DNA of 64,000 bases from a virus (lineage: Duplodnaviria; Caudoviricetes): positions 1 through 64,000 of the IMG/VR virus record IMGVR_UViG_2898748948_000004; one strand, 5' to 3'. The notes under the pieces are model-generated. The model was not told the DNA's origin. It worked only from the letters and a program-made list of their open reading frames with translations, and searched no databases. The number at the start of each line of letters is the position of its first letter. The stretch's first letter is position 1. This document shows positions 8,856-17,475 of the stretch, one piece after another. Both the position numbers and the translations under genes were made by a program.

Positions 8856-10082
8856 TCAGCCCTTCGCACGGGCAGGCTGTTGAGAAGAGAGCGCCATCCT
8901 CCATTGCGAGGCATACAGGTATGCGCGCATGCGTTCGGTGATCACCCAGCGGCGCAGGTTCAGCTCGGCGGCCAGGGCGGTTGTGGCCCAGCCTCCGAAC
9001 GGATCTGCCACCAGCTGCCCAGGCTCGGAGGCAAAGCGCACCACATGCTCAGCCAGCGCCAGCGGCATCGTTGCCCCGTGGATGGGGATGCCTTCGGCCT
9101 TGGCCCAGGCGCGCAGGGCGGTCTGGCTCGGGCAGTTGTGGGGCACGGTGATCAGATTGCGGGGGATGCGGCCCGCTGTCTGGGCGCCGAATGCACCCGC
9201 CCGGCGCCGGTTGGCGCCATCGGCAAACACAGCCGCGGTCTTGGTGCCGCCGCTGGCGATCAGCCGTGCATGCTTTTCCGAATGGGGCTGCAGCACACGG
9301 CGGTTATCGGCAAAGCAGGCCTGCGGGTCGTTGGAAAACCAGTAGATGGGCTCCCATGCGGTGTTGACCTGCACCCGGCGCTTGCTGGCCCAGGCCACGG
9401 GGCCCGGTGCTTTGCTGGGGTTGTGCCAGATCCACTCGTCCATCTTGTGCAGGCCCAGGCGCTCATGCAGCGCCAGCACCAGCCTTTCGCGGTAGAGGGA
9501 TCGTGCGGGGCTGCCCGTCTCGAAGATGTCATTCGACACGCTCAGGAACAGGCTGCCGCCGCTGGCCAGCCGCGCGACAACCGGCTCCAGGCAGGTGCAG
9601 AGCCAGTCCACGTACTCAGCACGCTCGGGCCCGCCGTAGTCGCGCTGGCGTGCCAGCGGGTAGGGCGGGCTGGTCAGCACCAGATGCACGGGTTCATCGA
9701 GGCGGCTGAAGGCGTCCTTGCAGTCCGCCCACAAGGCCATGCCCAGTTCGGTGCTGAATCCAAGCTGCATCAGTCCTGGCGCGCAGGGCTCCAGATCCTG
9801 CTGGCGCTGCTCGATGGTGCGGCGGCCTGCAGCCGTGGGCCGCCAGACCCCGCGCTTGCCGGCCACCGGCTCCAGCAAGCCCAGGCGTTTGAGGGTCTGC
9901 TGATACCAGCGAACCCGGCGCTTGAGAGGGCTGTGCGGCTGACCCGCGGTGCCTACCGGTTGCCGCTCGGCCCAGGCCTCAGCCTTGATTCCCAAGTCTC
10001 GGCCCAAGCGCTCGTAGGCTTGGGCGTTGACCTGTGCACCCGCTTCATAGGCGTTGAGCACTCCGAAAAGGCTCAGTTGCAT
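8856..10082 (-). CDS. Beta-class amino (probably N4-cytosine) DNA methyltransferase with N-terminal winged helix
   Basis: Start ATG 10082 (AGGAGG upstream); catalytic VLTSPPY precedes SAM motif VADPFGG; N-terminal WYQQTLKRLGLLEP...RGVWRPT. Confidence 0.85.
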   Translation of the reverse strand: MQLSLFGVLNAYEAGAQVNAQAYERLGRDLGIKAEAWAERQPVGTAGQPHSPLKRRVRWYQQTLKRLGLLEPVAGKRGVWRPTAAGRRTIEQRQQDLEPCAPGLMQLGFSTELGMALWADCKDAFSRLDEPVHLVLTSPPYPLARQRDYGGPERAEYVDWLCTCLEPVVARLASGGSLFLSVSNDIFETGSPARSLYRERLVLALHERLGLHKMDEWIWHNPSKAPGPVAWASKRRVQVNTAWEPIYWFSNDPQACFADNRRVLQPHSEKHARLIASGGTKTAAVFADGANRRRAGAFGAQTAGRIPRNLITVPHNCPSQTALRAWAKAEGIPIHGATMPLALAEHVVRFASEPGQLVADPFGGWATTALAAELNLRRWVITERMRAYLYASQWRMALSSQQPARAKG

Positions 10083-10651
10083 GATGAGCCTCCTTGAGTC
10101 TCGGTTTCGGGAAGAAGGCCAAGACGCCCGCTCAGGATAGCGGCCTTGATGGTGTTTAGCTCCCAGCTGTAGGTGCTGGCATCCGCATAGATGCGCAGTC
10201 CCTTGCGGTAGTCGTGCTTCTTGCGCTTGATGAATGCTTCTGCAGCTGCCTTGGTGAAATGCTGATTCAGCGTCTCCCATCGGGTTGTCACATACAGCAG
10301 TGAGTAGTCGGGCAGGCACTCTTTCAGGGCTTGCTCTTGCTCGTACTCGTCAGAGTCCATAAAAGACCCGTCGCATGCTTTGTCGAGCTTTGCCTTGGTT
10401 TCGTCGCAGCAGCCTTCATAGAAATCAGGCACTGGCTCTGAATGCTCGCAGCCGTCAAAGATCACCGGGTCACCGCCGTAGCCTTCTGGCACCAGTTGCT
10501 CCACGGCCTGCTGCACCAGAAACACAGCGTCGGCCGTGTGATGGTCGCGGACGCCTTCGCCCACACAGTCATGGCGCAGGCGAGCTACGAAGTCGGCCCA
10601 TGTCTCGGGGGTCAGTTCAGCGCCCTGTGCCAGTGTTGTTGCCTGGGTCAT
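10073..10651 (-). CDS. Phage hypothetical protein (192 aa)
   Basis: ATGA-coupled start at 10651. Confidence 0.6.
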   Translation of the reverse strand: MTQATTLAQGAELTPETWADFVARLRHDCVGEGVRDHHTADAVFLVQQAVEQLVPEGYGGDPVIFDGCEHSEPVPDFYEGCCDETKAKLDKACDGSFMDSDEYEQEQALKECLPDYSLLYVTTRWETLNQHFTKAAAEAFIKRKKHDYRKGLRIYADASTYSWELNTIKAAILSGRLGLLPETETQGGSSCN

Positions 10652-11133
10652 GCTTGCCACCGCTCCTTCATTTCGCACAGGTGGCGGGTCGCCGCTGCCT
10701 CAATGGTGTCGGCCACCGCCGCTCGGGCTGTCCGCTCCAGGCCGGGCAGGAAGTCGGCGCGCTTGGCTTCCAGCAGGTGCAGCCCTGCAATCAGGTCAGG
10801 GTGCAGCTCCAAATAGTCCAGCGATGGATCGAGGATCTCATTGCGGGCATAGCAGATGACATGGCACATGCCTCCCAGCACACGGCCATAGAAATTGGGG
10901 GCGGTACGCAGCAGCTTTGCAAGGCTGTTGTAGAGCGCCTGCAGGTGGCGCGGGTCGTCTTCATCGAAGTTAATCCAATCGCCATCCTCGTCCTGAGGCT
11001 CCAGAAGGGCGCGCAAACTGCGGGGGCCTTCCGTTTCCCATGGGCCACCAAAGCGGCCATCAATGGAACTCAAAACCCAGTGCAGTTCGTCAGCGGCGTC
11101 AATATCACGGGCGCTTGGCTTTGCCATTTTCAT
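10648..11133 (-). CDS. Phage hypothetical protein (161 aa)
   Basis: AGGAG RBS before ATG 11133. Confidence 0.6.
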   Translation of the reverse strand: MKMAKPSARDIDAADELHWVLSSIDGRFGGPWETEGPRSLRALLEPQDEDGDWINFDEDDPRHLQALYNSLAKLLRTAPNFYGRVLGGMCHVICYARNEILDPSLDYLELHPDLIAGLHLLEAKRADFLPGLERTARAAVADTIEAAATRHLCEMKERWQA

Positions 11134-11317
11134 GACGGGGCTCCTTTGGTGCTGGGCCGGTGGCCCGGTTGTATGCATCCCATAGCTGCTGGCCATCGGC
11201 GCAGCGCGCCTGCTTGCCGCCGGATAAGCCGGCAGCGCAGCAGGTATCGCAGTTGAAGTGGTGGGCTATGTAGGCCTTGTCTTCTGGCAGGCCTACCGTG
11301 CTGGCGCTGGTAGTCAA
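11105..11317 (-). CDS. Small Cys/His-rich hypothetical protein
   Basis: HHFNCDTCC...C; ATGA-coupled upstream. Confidence 0.45.
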   Translation of the reverse strand: MTTSASTVGLPEDKAYIAHHFNCDTCCAAGLSGGKQARCADGQQLWDAYNRATGPAPKEPRHENGKAKRP

Positions 11318-11592
11318 GAAAGACTGCCTGTAATGCCGTAGGCAATCCGCTGCAGATGATTCGGGCGAGTGCCTTCTGGGCAGATGGCAATATTTGCTTC
11401 CAAGCCATCCAGAGAGCAGCGCGCCCCTTGGGTGTCATAGCCTGGCTCCAGACCGAGAAACTGGAATTTCTGGCCGCAGTCTGCACATTGAATGCGAACC
11501 TCAGCGTTAAATCCGGTGATGGCGCCGCCTGGCTTGTCCTCAAGGCGTGCAACGCCCACAGTTGCCGCGAAATTCATGTGAACGCATGTCAT
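11314..11592 (-). CDS. Hypothetical protein with CxxC (92 aa)
   Basis: GGAG RBS after hairpin; QCADCG. Confidence 0.55.
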   Translation of the reverse strand: MTCVHMNFAATVGVARLEDKPGGAITGFNAEVRIQCADCGQKFQFLGLEPGYDTQGARCSLDGLEANIAICPEGTRPNHLQRIAYGITGSLS

Positions 11593-11637
11593 GCGAGTCT
11601 CCAAAAAGTGAACCCCGCGTGGTAGCGGGGTTGCTTG

Positions 11638-12636
11638 TCAGGCTTGAGGGATTTCGTCCCAGGTGCGGCCGTCGAGTAGGCGGCCAGCGGCCTTCTTGCC
11701 GACGCGGGCTGCACATACGCCGTCCGGCCAGTCGTAGAACTCAGGGTTCGCGGGGCCGTGCGGGCCTGCAGCTGGGAACGACAGCTTCACCGTGTCTCCA
11801 TCTTTTTCGCCCGGCATCCACTCGCCCCACTGCTTAAATAGAAAGTCGGTGCCGGCGTCTTCGCACTGATCGCGGAGGCTGCGTGCCCAGTCGGGATGCA
11901 TGGGGCGGGCGCCGGGCCCGGACTCGCCGCCGACGATCACCCAGTCCAGCATCGCCACACTTCCATGACGGAGTGATGCAGCACATATATATGGGTCTGC
12001 CAGTTCCTTCCATGTTCCTTTGCAGACTTCTTTCTCAGCCAGGTCGCAGGCATGCTCCAAGTCCACCGGGGCCAGCAGCGGCTCCATGCTCAGGAAGCGC
12101 ACCTTGGCAGGCACGGCCAGCAGCTTGGGGATGTCGCGGTCTGCCTCTTCCTGATTCACTACTGTGGCCCCGATCCACACATTGGGCAGCGGCATCATGT
12201 CCAGCAGGCTCAGGTCTGGGTCACTGCCGTGGGCCAGATCGGCAAGCATGGGCTTCACGTTGCCTATGCGCTTGGTCAGCAGCAGCCAGTCAAGGTGCGG
12301 CGTTTTCAAGATCAGGCCAAACAGGTCAATGCGCCAGCTCGGGTTTACCGCGTTGTCGAACACATCGGCCAGAGATGCGCAGAACACGCGCTGACGGCGG
12401 CCGTGCTCTGCAAAGAAAGCCTCGTGGTTCGCGTTCCATGTCAGAGGCTTATTCCAGTAGCCTGCGCTGGTCATGCGCCGCGGTGCACCTGGCCCCCAGT
12501 TCACTGCCTGCCCACCGGCGAAGCGGGCATTGCGGGTTTCGGCGTAGCAGTTGTCGCAGCCAGGCCCCACCTTCTGGCAGCCTTCCCATGGGTTAAACGT
12601 GTGGTCTGTCCACTCGATCTTGGTGTTTTCGGCCAT
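11638..12636 (-). CDS. Phage Gp37/Gp68 family (DUF5131) radical-SAM-like protein
   Basis: IEWTDHTFNPWEGCQKVGPGCDNCYAE; FCASLADVFD; LLLTKR; FLSMEPLL; WVIVGGESG; FLFKQWG. Confidence 0.9.
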   Translation of the reverse strand: MAENTKIEWTDHTFNPWEGCQKVGPGCDNCYAETRNARFAGGQAVNWGPGAPRRMTSAGYWNKPLTWNANHEAFFAEHGRRQRVFCASLADVFDNAVNPSWRIDLFGLILKTPHLDWLLLTKRIGNVKPMLADLAHGSDPDLSLLDMMPLPNVWIGATVVNQEEADRDIPKLLAVPAKVRFLSMEPLLAPVDLEHACDLAEKEVCKGTWKELADPYICAASLRHGSVAMLDWVIVGGESGPGARPMHPDWARSLRDQCEDAGTDFLFKQWGEWMPGEKDGDTVKLSFPAAGPHGPANPEFYDWPDGVCAARVGKKAAGRLLDGRTWDEIPQA

Positions 12637-12687
12637 GCGGCCCTCCAGAAATGAACAACCCCGCTCGAGGCGGGGCTGGTGTTGGGG

Positions 12688-12933
12688 CTACTCGGGGAAG
12701 AGGTTGCGGGGCGGTGGCATGATGACCTTTGCCCAGGCATAAGGGGAGAAGAGGTAGGACTTGCTGAAAGTCGGCTCCCCTTCGTGATTCCAGTTCTTGC
12801 CGTCCCAGTGCAGCGTGTGCGTCTGCTCGCCTTCGTCGGTTTCGACGGCGCAGAGGTAGTCCATGGGTTCGGGCGGCTGGGTGTCGGTGCCCGTCCACTG
12901 GATAGCTTGGTGTGCAGTGCAGGTCTGGTGCAT
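12688..12933 (-). CDS. Hypothetical protein (81 aa)
   Basis: ATG 12933 downstream of a hairpin/U-tract; Trp-rich. Confidence 0.55.
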   Translation of the reverse strand: MHQTCTAHQAIQWTGTDTQPPEPMDYLCAVETDEGEQTHTLHWDGKNWNHEGEPTFSKSYLFSPYAWAKVIMPPPRNLFPE

Positions 12934-13252
12934 GCTTTCAATTTCCGTAAAAAGAAAGCCCGCTTTGCTGCGGGCTGTGCTGGTCTTCGATTTCGCGCCA
13001 GAAGTCACTGTCTTGGTCGTCCTCGGCGTCGTGGCTGGATTGGTTGACCGCATCCGCCTCAGCGCGCTTGTCACGCTGGGTTCTGGCTCGCTTGCTCATT
13101 GGGATCTCTCTTGCTTCTTGTGATGCCTGCATACAGCAGGATTGCGCCATAGGCGGTGAGTGGTAGCTTGCGTTTGTCCGTGTCTGGCATGCCGAACGCA
13201 CCCAGAGTTACGCACACAGCCAGGCTGCACTGGGCCGCCAGCTTCAGGCGGT

Positions 13253-13606
13253 CTAGGACTCGTCCGGGCATGGATCGGCATCCTTTGTGAGCAGTTGCTC
13301 TGCTGTGGCCACACCCAGCATTGACAGCCATTCGCCCAGCACAACGCGCAGAATGGCGTCGCGGTGCTCACCCAGGTTATCTATGGGTTGCTTGCCTCTG
13401 GCTGCATCCACAAAGAAGGAGACAGGGATCACATGAACCTTATCCGCGTGGGTGGTGAAGGTCAGGTGGGGCCGGTGGTCGTCAAGCTGGATGACTTTGG
13501 CAGACGGCGGCGCAGGGTCGGGGATCGCAGCTGGCGCTGGTACGCTGCTGCAGCAAGCCGTAACCCCGGGTATCCCGCCGCAGTTGGGGCAATGCCAGTA
13601 ACTCAT
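13253..13606 (-). CDS. Hypothetical protein with N-terminal CxxC
   Basis: WHCPNCGG; coupled. Confidence 0.55.
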   Translation of the reverse strand: MSYWHCPNCGGIPGVTACCSSVPAPAAIPDPAPPSAKVIQLDDHRPHLTFTTHADKVHVIPVSFFVDAARGKQPIDNLGEHRDAILRVVLGEWLSMLGVATAEQLLTKDADPCPDES

Positions 13607-13917
13607 GGTTGCTCCGCCTCTACCAGCTGATTGAAATGCCTGATCATTCCTATGGCTTCCAGTTCAGAGCGGGTGAGTCTATGAACAGAGCCCAGGGCAT
13701 GGTCAATCACGACCTTCCGCTTCTGCCAAGCGACTTCATCTAGCCGACCAAGCTGCAGGCGCGGCGCGATTCTTAGGTCATTCCGTCCTATATGTTTAGC
13801 CAGGGAGGATGGGTAGTAGGTGCTATTTGTGCACCAGACGAAGATGGCAGCGGCAGGGGCTTTCAACATCTGCCGGGTTGTCAGCCCGGTTTGCCGATTG
13901 AAATCAGCTGCCGTCAT
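13603..13917 (-). CDS. Phage hypothetical protein (104 aa)
   Basis: Coupled in operon. Confidence 0.55.
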   Translation of the reverse strand: MTAADFNRQTGLTTRQMLKAPAAAIFVWCTNSTYYPSSLAKHIGRNDLRIAPRLQLGRLDEVAWQKRKVVIDHALGSVHRLTRSELEAIGMIRHFNQLVEAEQP

Positions 13918-14449
13918 GCGTTTCTGAGGCGCGTCGAGCGGCCTCAGCGCCCAGCACCCAATTCATGCCCAGAGCCGTCTGCACTGCGTCAAGGGCTCTG
14001 CCTGCTGCAACGGTGCCATGCTGGCGCGTGTCCATGGCGTAATGGAAATCACGAACCGCTTGTGCGACCTTTCCCAATTTTTCCGCGCCTTTGTCTTCAT
14101 CCAGAAGCTCAAGCAGCGGCAGCCCGCCATGCTTCCTGCATTCGTCATCCAGCAGGCCAGCGATGTCGCACAGCATGGCCTGCTTGGCAGCCCCATGCTC
14201 TCCGTTCAGTGCTACGTCAATGCCTCGCACCAGGCGGTGTACGTCTTCTGCGCAGATCCAATGGCCAATCGTTGGGTCAGATTGGACTTGTGCTGGCCGT
14301 GCTTTGGCGGTGGAGAGCAGCAGGCGGGCAAACTGCCGATAGCCCCAGGACTTCAAAAAGCCGCTGGCGCCATCGGGCATTTGGTTGAACACTGCATCGA
14401 TCTCAAGATCTGTCAGCGTTGTGGGCTCAGGCTGGTGTTCTTGTTCCAT
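13904..14449 (-). CDS. Mosaic hypothetical protein (181 aa)
   Basis: Probable start ATG 14449 (AAGGA upstream). Confidence 0.55.
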   Translation of the reverse strand: MEQEHQPEPTTLTDLEIDAVFNQMPDGASGFLKSWGYRQFARLLLSTAKARPAQVQSDPTIGHWICAEDVHRLVRGIDVALNGEHGAAKQAMLCDIAGLLDDECRKHGGLPLLELLDEDKGAEKLGKVAQAVRDFHYAMDTRQHGTVAAGRALDAVQTALGMNWVLGAEAARRASETHDGS

Positions 14450-14462
14450 GCTTTGATCGTCC

Positions 14463-14699
14463 TTAGCGGTTTCGTCCGCGCTTGTTGGTTTCATCTTTCC
14501 ACTGGGCGCGCCTCCGGCTGCCCGTGTCCCATGGGGAAGGTTTAGGCTCTGGCCCGGGGGTGAGCGCATGTTTCAGCCCTCGAACTTCGCGGGAGGCATC
14601 CGCTGTCACGACTGGTACGCTGGCAGCGAGCAACGCTTGCGCCACCAGCCGTGCATGCCTTCCGCCTCCGATAACGACAACTCTTTGAGGGCGTGTCAC
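14463..14699 (-). CDS. Hypothetical protein with Rossmann-like VVVIGGG start
   Basis: ATGA-coupled; too short for a full Rossmann fold. Confidence 0.5.
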   Translation of the reverse strand: MTRPQRVVVIGGGRHARLVAQALLAASVPVVTADASREVRGLKHALTPGPEPKPSPWDTGSRRRAQWKDETNKRGRNR

Positions 14700-14872
14700 T
14701 TGCTCTTCTCCTTGCCTGCATCACCGCAAAGGTCGCAGAGATACAGGCATTCTTTTTGGGATCGCGGGTCACCTATGGGTTGCCCGCAGTTATGAGTGCA
14801 AACCTTTGATGCAGGATCAAATTCGGACAGTGCGACCGGATCGGCGCGGGGCCAAGGCACTGGTTCAGCCAT
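14696..14872 (-). CDS. Small Cys-rich protein (58 aa)
   Basis: CTHNCG...ECLYLCDLC; start overlaps the upstream stop region. Confidence 0.45.
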   Translation of the reverse strand: MAEPVPWPRADPVALSEFDPASKVCTHNCGQPIGDPRSQKECLYLCDLCGDAGKEKSK

Positions 14873-15257
14873 TGCTCTGCTCTTTCTGGGCCTGTTCGTC
14901 CGGTGCTGCTGGCTCCGGCGCATCAGGAGGGGAGAACTCCCAGGAGCAAGCCACCGGCTCACGGTCTGCCGCGCCCCATTGGGTGGCAAGCCATCCTGCG
15001 CACAGCTTGTTTCGCCCATCTGCGTAGTGCTCGACATGGCATAAGAAGGGTTTCTGCTCAGACATGGCTTTGACCGCATCCATCATGGTCTGCAGGCAGC
15101 CGTTGGGCACAGTTCCAGCGCGAAAGGCGCACGACTTGCAGCGTTCATCAGGCTCGCCGTGGGCTTCGAGGTGCCTGATGACAGGCTCAACCAAGCTCAC
15201 CAGCTGAGATCCGATAGCGCGCCCTTCAGGGCTTACGCGGTGGTGGTCATATTCCAT
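14865..15257 (-). CDS. Cys-rich hypothetical protein (130 aa)
   Basis: AGGAGG before ATG 15257; CKSCAFR...FLCH...CAGW. Confidence 0.55.
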   Translation of the reverse strand: MEYDHHRVSPEGRAIGSQLVSLVEPVIRHLEAHGEPDERCKSCAFRAGTVPNGCLQTMMDAVKAMSEQKPFLCHVEHYADGRNKLCAGWLATQWGAADREPVACSWEFSPPDAPEPAAPDEQAQKEQSNG

Positions 15258-15456
15258 AACTGCCTCCTTGGGTCTGGGCACGCTGTATGGCTCTGATGCC
15301 GCTTTCCCATTGGTCGATGTAACCGGCCATGTAGGCATGCTTCGCCCAAAGCGGCCATTGCTCTCGGTCTTGACCAAGCCACATGGCCTTACCCTGGGAT
15401 CGCGCGCGCCGGCCCATGGCCACAAACCAGCGTTTGCCCGCGAGTCGTTTAGCCAT
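15247..15456 (-). CDS. Hypothetical protein (69 aa)
   Basis: Fills operon gap, overlaps both neighbours. Confidence 0.45.
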   Translation of the reverse strand: MAKRLAGKRWFVAMGRRARSQGKAMWLGQDREQWPLWAKHAYMAGYIDQWESGIRAIQRAQTQGGSYGI

Positions 15457-15979
15457 GCTGCGCTCCGTCCGTGGTTGCTGGCAGATGCTTGGTTACCCAG
15501 CTGTGCATGTGCAGCCAGCGTTTTTTTGCGATGATCACTGGGTCAATCCTCACCCGAACCGAGCGCTCATGCGTCTTGTGCCCATAGGGCAGGAAGTGGT
15601 ACGGCGGCATCGGCCCACAGATCACTACGTCGATCCATTCGTGAGTGTCGGTGCCTTCATCGTTCTCGTAGACAATCTCGCGCACCATTGCTGGTGCAAT
15701 GTCGAATAGCGCGGCCACGGCATCCCAGTCATCTGGGTCAACAGCACGCATGTCCAGGCCTCTGGCAGAACCGAGAACCCCGAGCGTGCAAAACTCCCCG
15801 TCAGCCGTAACAAGAGATTCGCCAATCAGCACCTTCTGCGGCATGGACTCCAGTGCTGCAAGGGTTTCGCGCAGGGCCGCTTGACCGCGTTTCCCGTTGA
15901 TAGCGCGCGCAACAGCCCCGCGCCAGAGACCACCCGTTCCGTCTTCGTCGTAGTCGTCGGTATATCCGCTTCGGCTCAT
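15449..15979 (-). CDS. Phage hypothetical protein (MSRSGY type)
   Basis: MSRSGYTDD...WRGAVARAINGKRGQA...FCTLG; ATGA-coupled. Confidence 0.65.
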   Translation of the reverse strand: MSRSGYTDDYDEDGTGGLWRGAVARAINGKRGQAALRETLAALESMPQKVLIGESLVTADGEFCTLGVLGSARGLDMRAVDPDDWDAVAALFDIAPAMVREIVYENDEGTDTHEWIDVVICGPMPPYHFLPYGHKTHERSVRVRIDPVIIAKKRWLHMHSWVTKHLPATTDGAQHG

Positions 15980-16188
15980 GCTGGCCCCCCGTGCGCAGCC
16001 TGGGCGGCGCGCTGCGCGTAAAACTTGATTGCGTCCTTGCTCTGATTGAGCAAGGTTCGTTGCGTGAAACCATCTACTGGCGTGCCGCATGACCACTCGG
16101 GCGAAGCGGCACTAAGCCACTCGACGCGCTCCTTATGGTTTTGCAGGTCGGCGCGTTCGCGCTCTTGCTGAATTTGGAGTGCACTCAC
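15976..16188 (-). CDS. Hypothetical protein (70 aa)
   Basis: Coupled at both ends. Confidence 0.5.
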   Translation of the reverse strand: MSALQIQQERERADLQNHKERVEWLSAASPEWSCGTPVDGFTQRTLLNQSKDAIKFYAQRAAQAAHGGPA

Positions 16189-17414
16189 TACTGCTGCTCC
16201 TCTGCTGCCTGGGAGGTGATGCGGATGCGAACAAGGTCGAGCGCATCATCCTCATAACTCTCGCGGAATGCCTCTCCGATGGTTGGCACCCCAAAACCGT
16301 CAGAGCCAGACCCGTGCCCGGTCTGCGTCCATCGAGCATCTGCCTCGTTTTTGAAGAAAACGCCTTCTCCGCAAGGGGCGATCACACCCCAGAACTCGCG
16401 TGCATCCTGCGCAGCCGGGGGCGTAGCCTCCTGAGCGCGTGCCCACCATGCAGCCGGCCCATCCTCAGTGTCGAAGATGGCGACGAGATTCCATGCTTCA
16501 CCGATGGGCGGCCGTGGTATCCAGGCGCTCCAGTTCTCAGCGTCGTTCATGGCGTCGTATTCGTCCATGGACAGATCGTCATCGGCCATGGTGTGCTTCA
16601 TCTCTACACCCAGGGCGGCGAAGAATGCGCGCGGCTTCATGCCTTCATCCAGCAGCGGAAGCTCGGGATGCTCGGCAAAGCCCTGCTGATCGCGTACCAG
16701 CTCTCGCCCATCCAGTAGACGGTCACGCCATGGGTAATCAAGAACCAGTCTGGTAGTTGTAGCCAGCAGGGCGCGCAGCTTGGATTCGATGGCTTTCCAT
16801 GCGGCGCGCTCTTTCGAGGCCCTGTCTTTCGCGCAATCAATTTCCTCTTGAGTGGCTTCAGAGTGGTGAGCGTCTATCTCTGCCTCTCCGCGCAAATGGG
16901 ATTCCATGCCCCATTCATCCACCAGCCCCATCACTTCGCTGATGAGCGCATCAGCCTCAGGCAGCGCCACCGGCGCAGCTGCTGTAGTCAATGTCGGAAA
17001 ATCCCACTTTGCCGAGGGGGCGGCAAGGGCGGCGCGGGAGTTTGTCCAGCTCTGCCAGAGTTGCTCAAGCTGAATGCTGTGGTAGTGCCCGGTTCCGCGC
17101 ATAGCACGCTCAAAGCCTTCGTAACCCTCAAGAGTGGCCCACTCCTCAAACTCCTCACGCCCATCAGGCACTGCCACGGCAGCTGGCGCTGCCTGGGAAC
17201 GGCCTTCGTCCAGACCTGCATGCCATGCGGCTTGTTCTGCAGAGGATGGCTCCTGAATTTGGTGCAGGCATTGAGGTGCTCGCGCTTTTTGAACCAGTGC
17301 TGCGAGGTCGTCAGCGATGGGCAATAGCTTGGCCAAGGCCTCTTGCTCGTCGAAATATGCCTGTGGCGGCAGATGGATAAGAGACTCGTGAGGCGGGGGG
17401 GTCTTGTCTTGCAT
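16188..17414 (-). CDS. Mosaic accessory protein (408 aa)
   Basis: GGGAG RBS; shares AAPAAVAVPDG and KLRALLA modules. Confidence 0.65.
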   Translation of the reverse strand: MQDKTPPPHESLIHLPPQAYFDEQEALAKLLPIADDLAALVQKARAPQCLHQIQEPSSAEQAAWHAGLDEGRSQAAPAAVAVPDGREEFEEWATLEGYEGFERAMRGTGHYHSIQLEQLWQSWTNSRAALAAPSAKWDFPTLTTAAAPVALPEADALISEVMGLVDEWGMESHLRGEAEIDAHHSEATQEEIDCAKDRASKERAAWKAIESKLRALLATTTRLVLDYPWRDRLLDGRELVRDQQGFAEHPELPLLDEGMKPRAFFAALGVEMKHTMADDDLSMDEYDAMNDAENWSAWIPRPPIGEAWNLVAIFDTEDGPAAWWARAQEATPPAAQDAREFWGVIAPCGEGVFFKNEADARWTQTGHGSGSDGFGVPTIGEAFRESYEDDALDLVRIRITSQAAEEQQ

Positions 17415-17475
17415 ACGGGCTCCCAAAATGAGTGAAGCCCGCGCGGTGGCGGGCTGGGTTCATGGCTCTCTTTGC

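Noticed and set aside
8847-10097. 416-aa + strand ORF
   Set aside because: Antisense shadow of the methyltransferase gene; no motifs or RBS; expected in GC-rich coding DNA
14463-14699. NAD(P)-binding oxidoreductase (VVVIGGG)
   Set aside because: Only 78 aa, too short for a functional Rossmann enzyme; left as hypothetical
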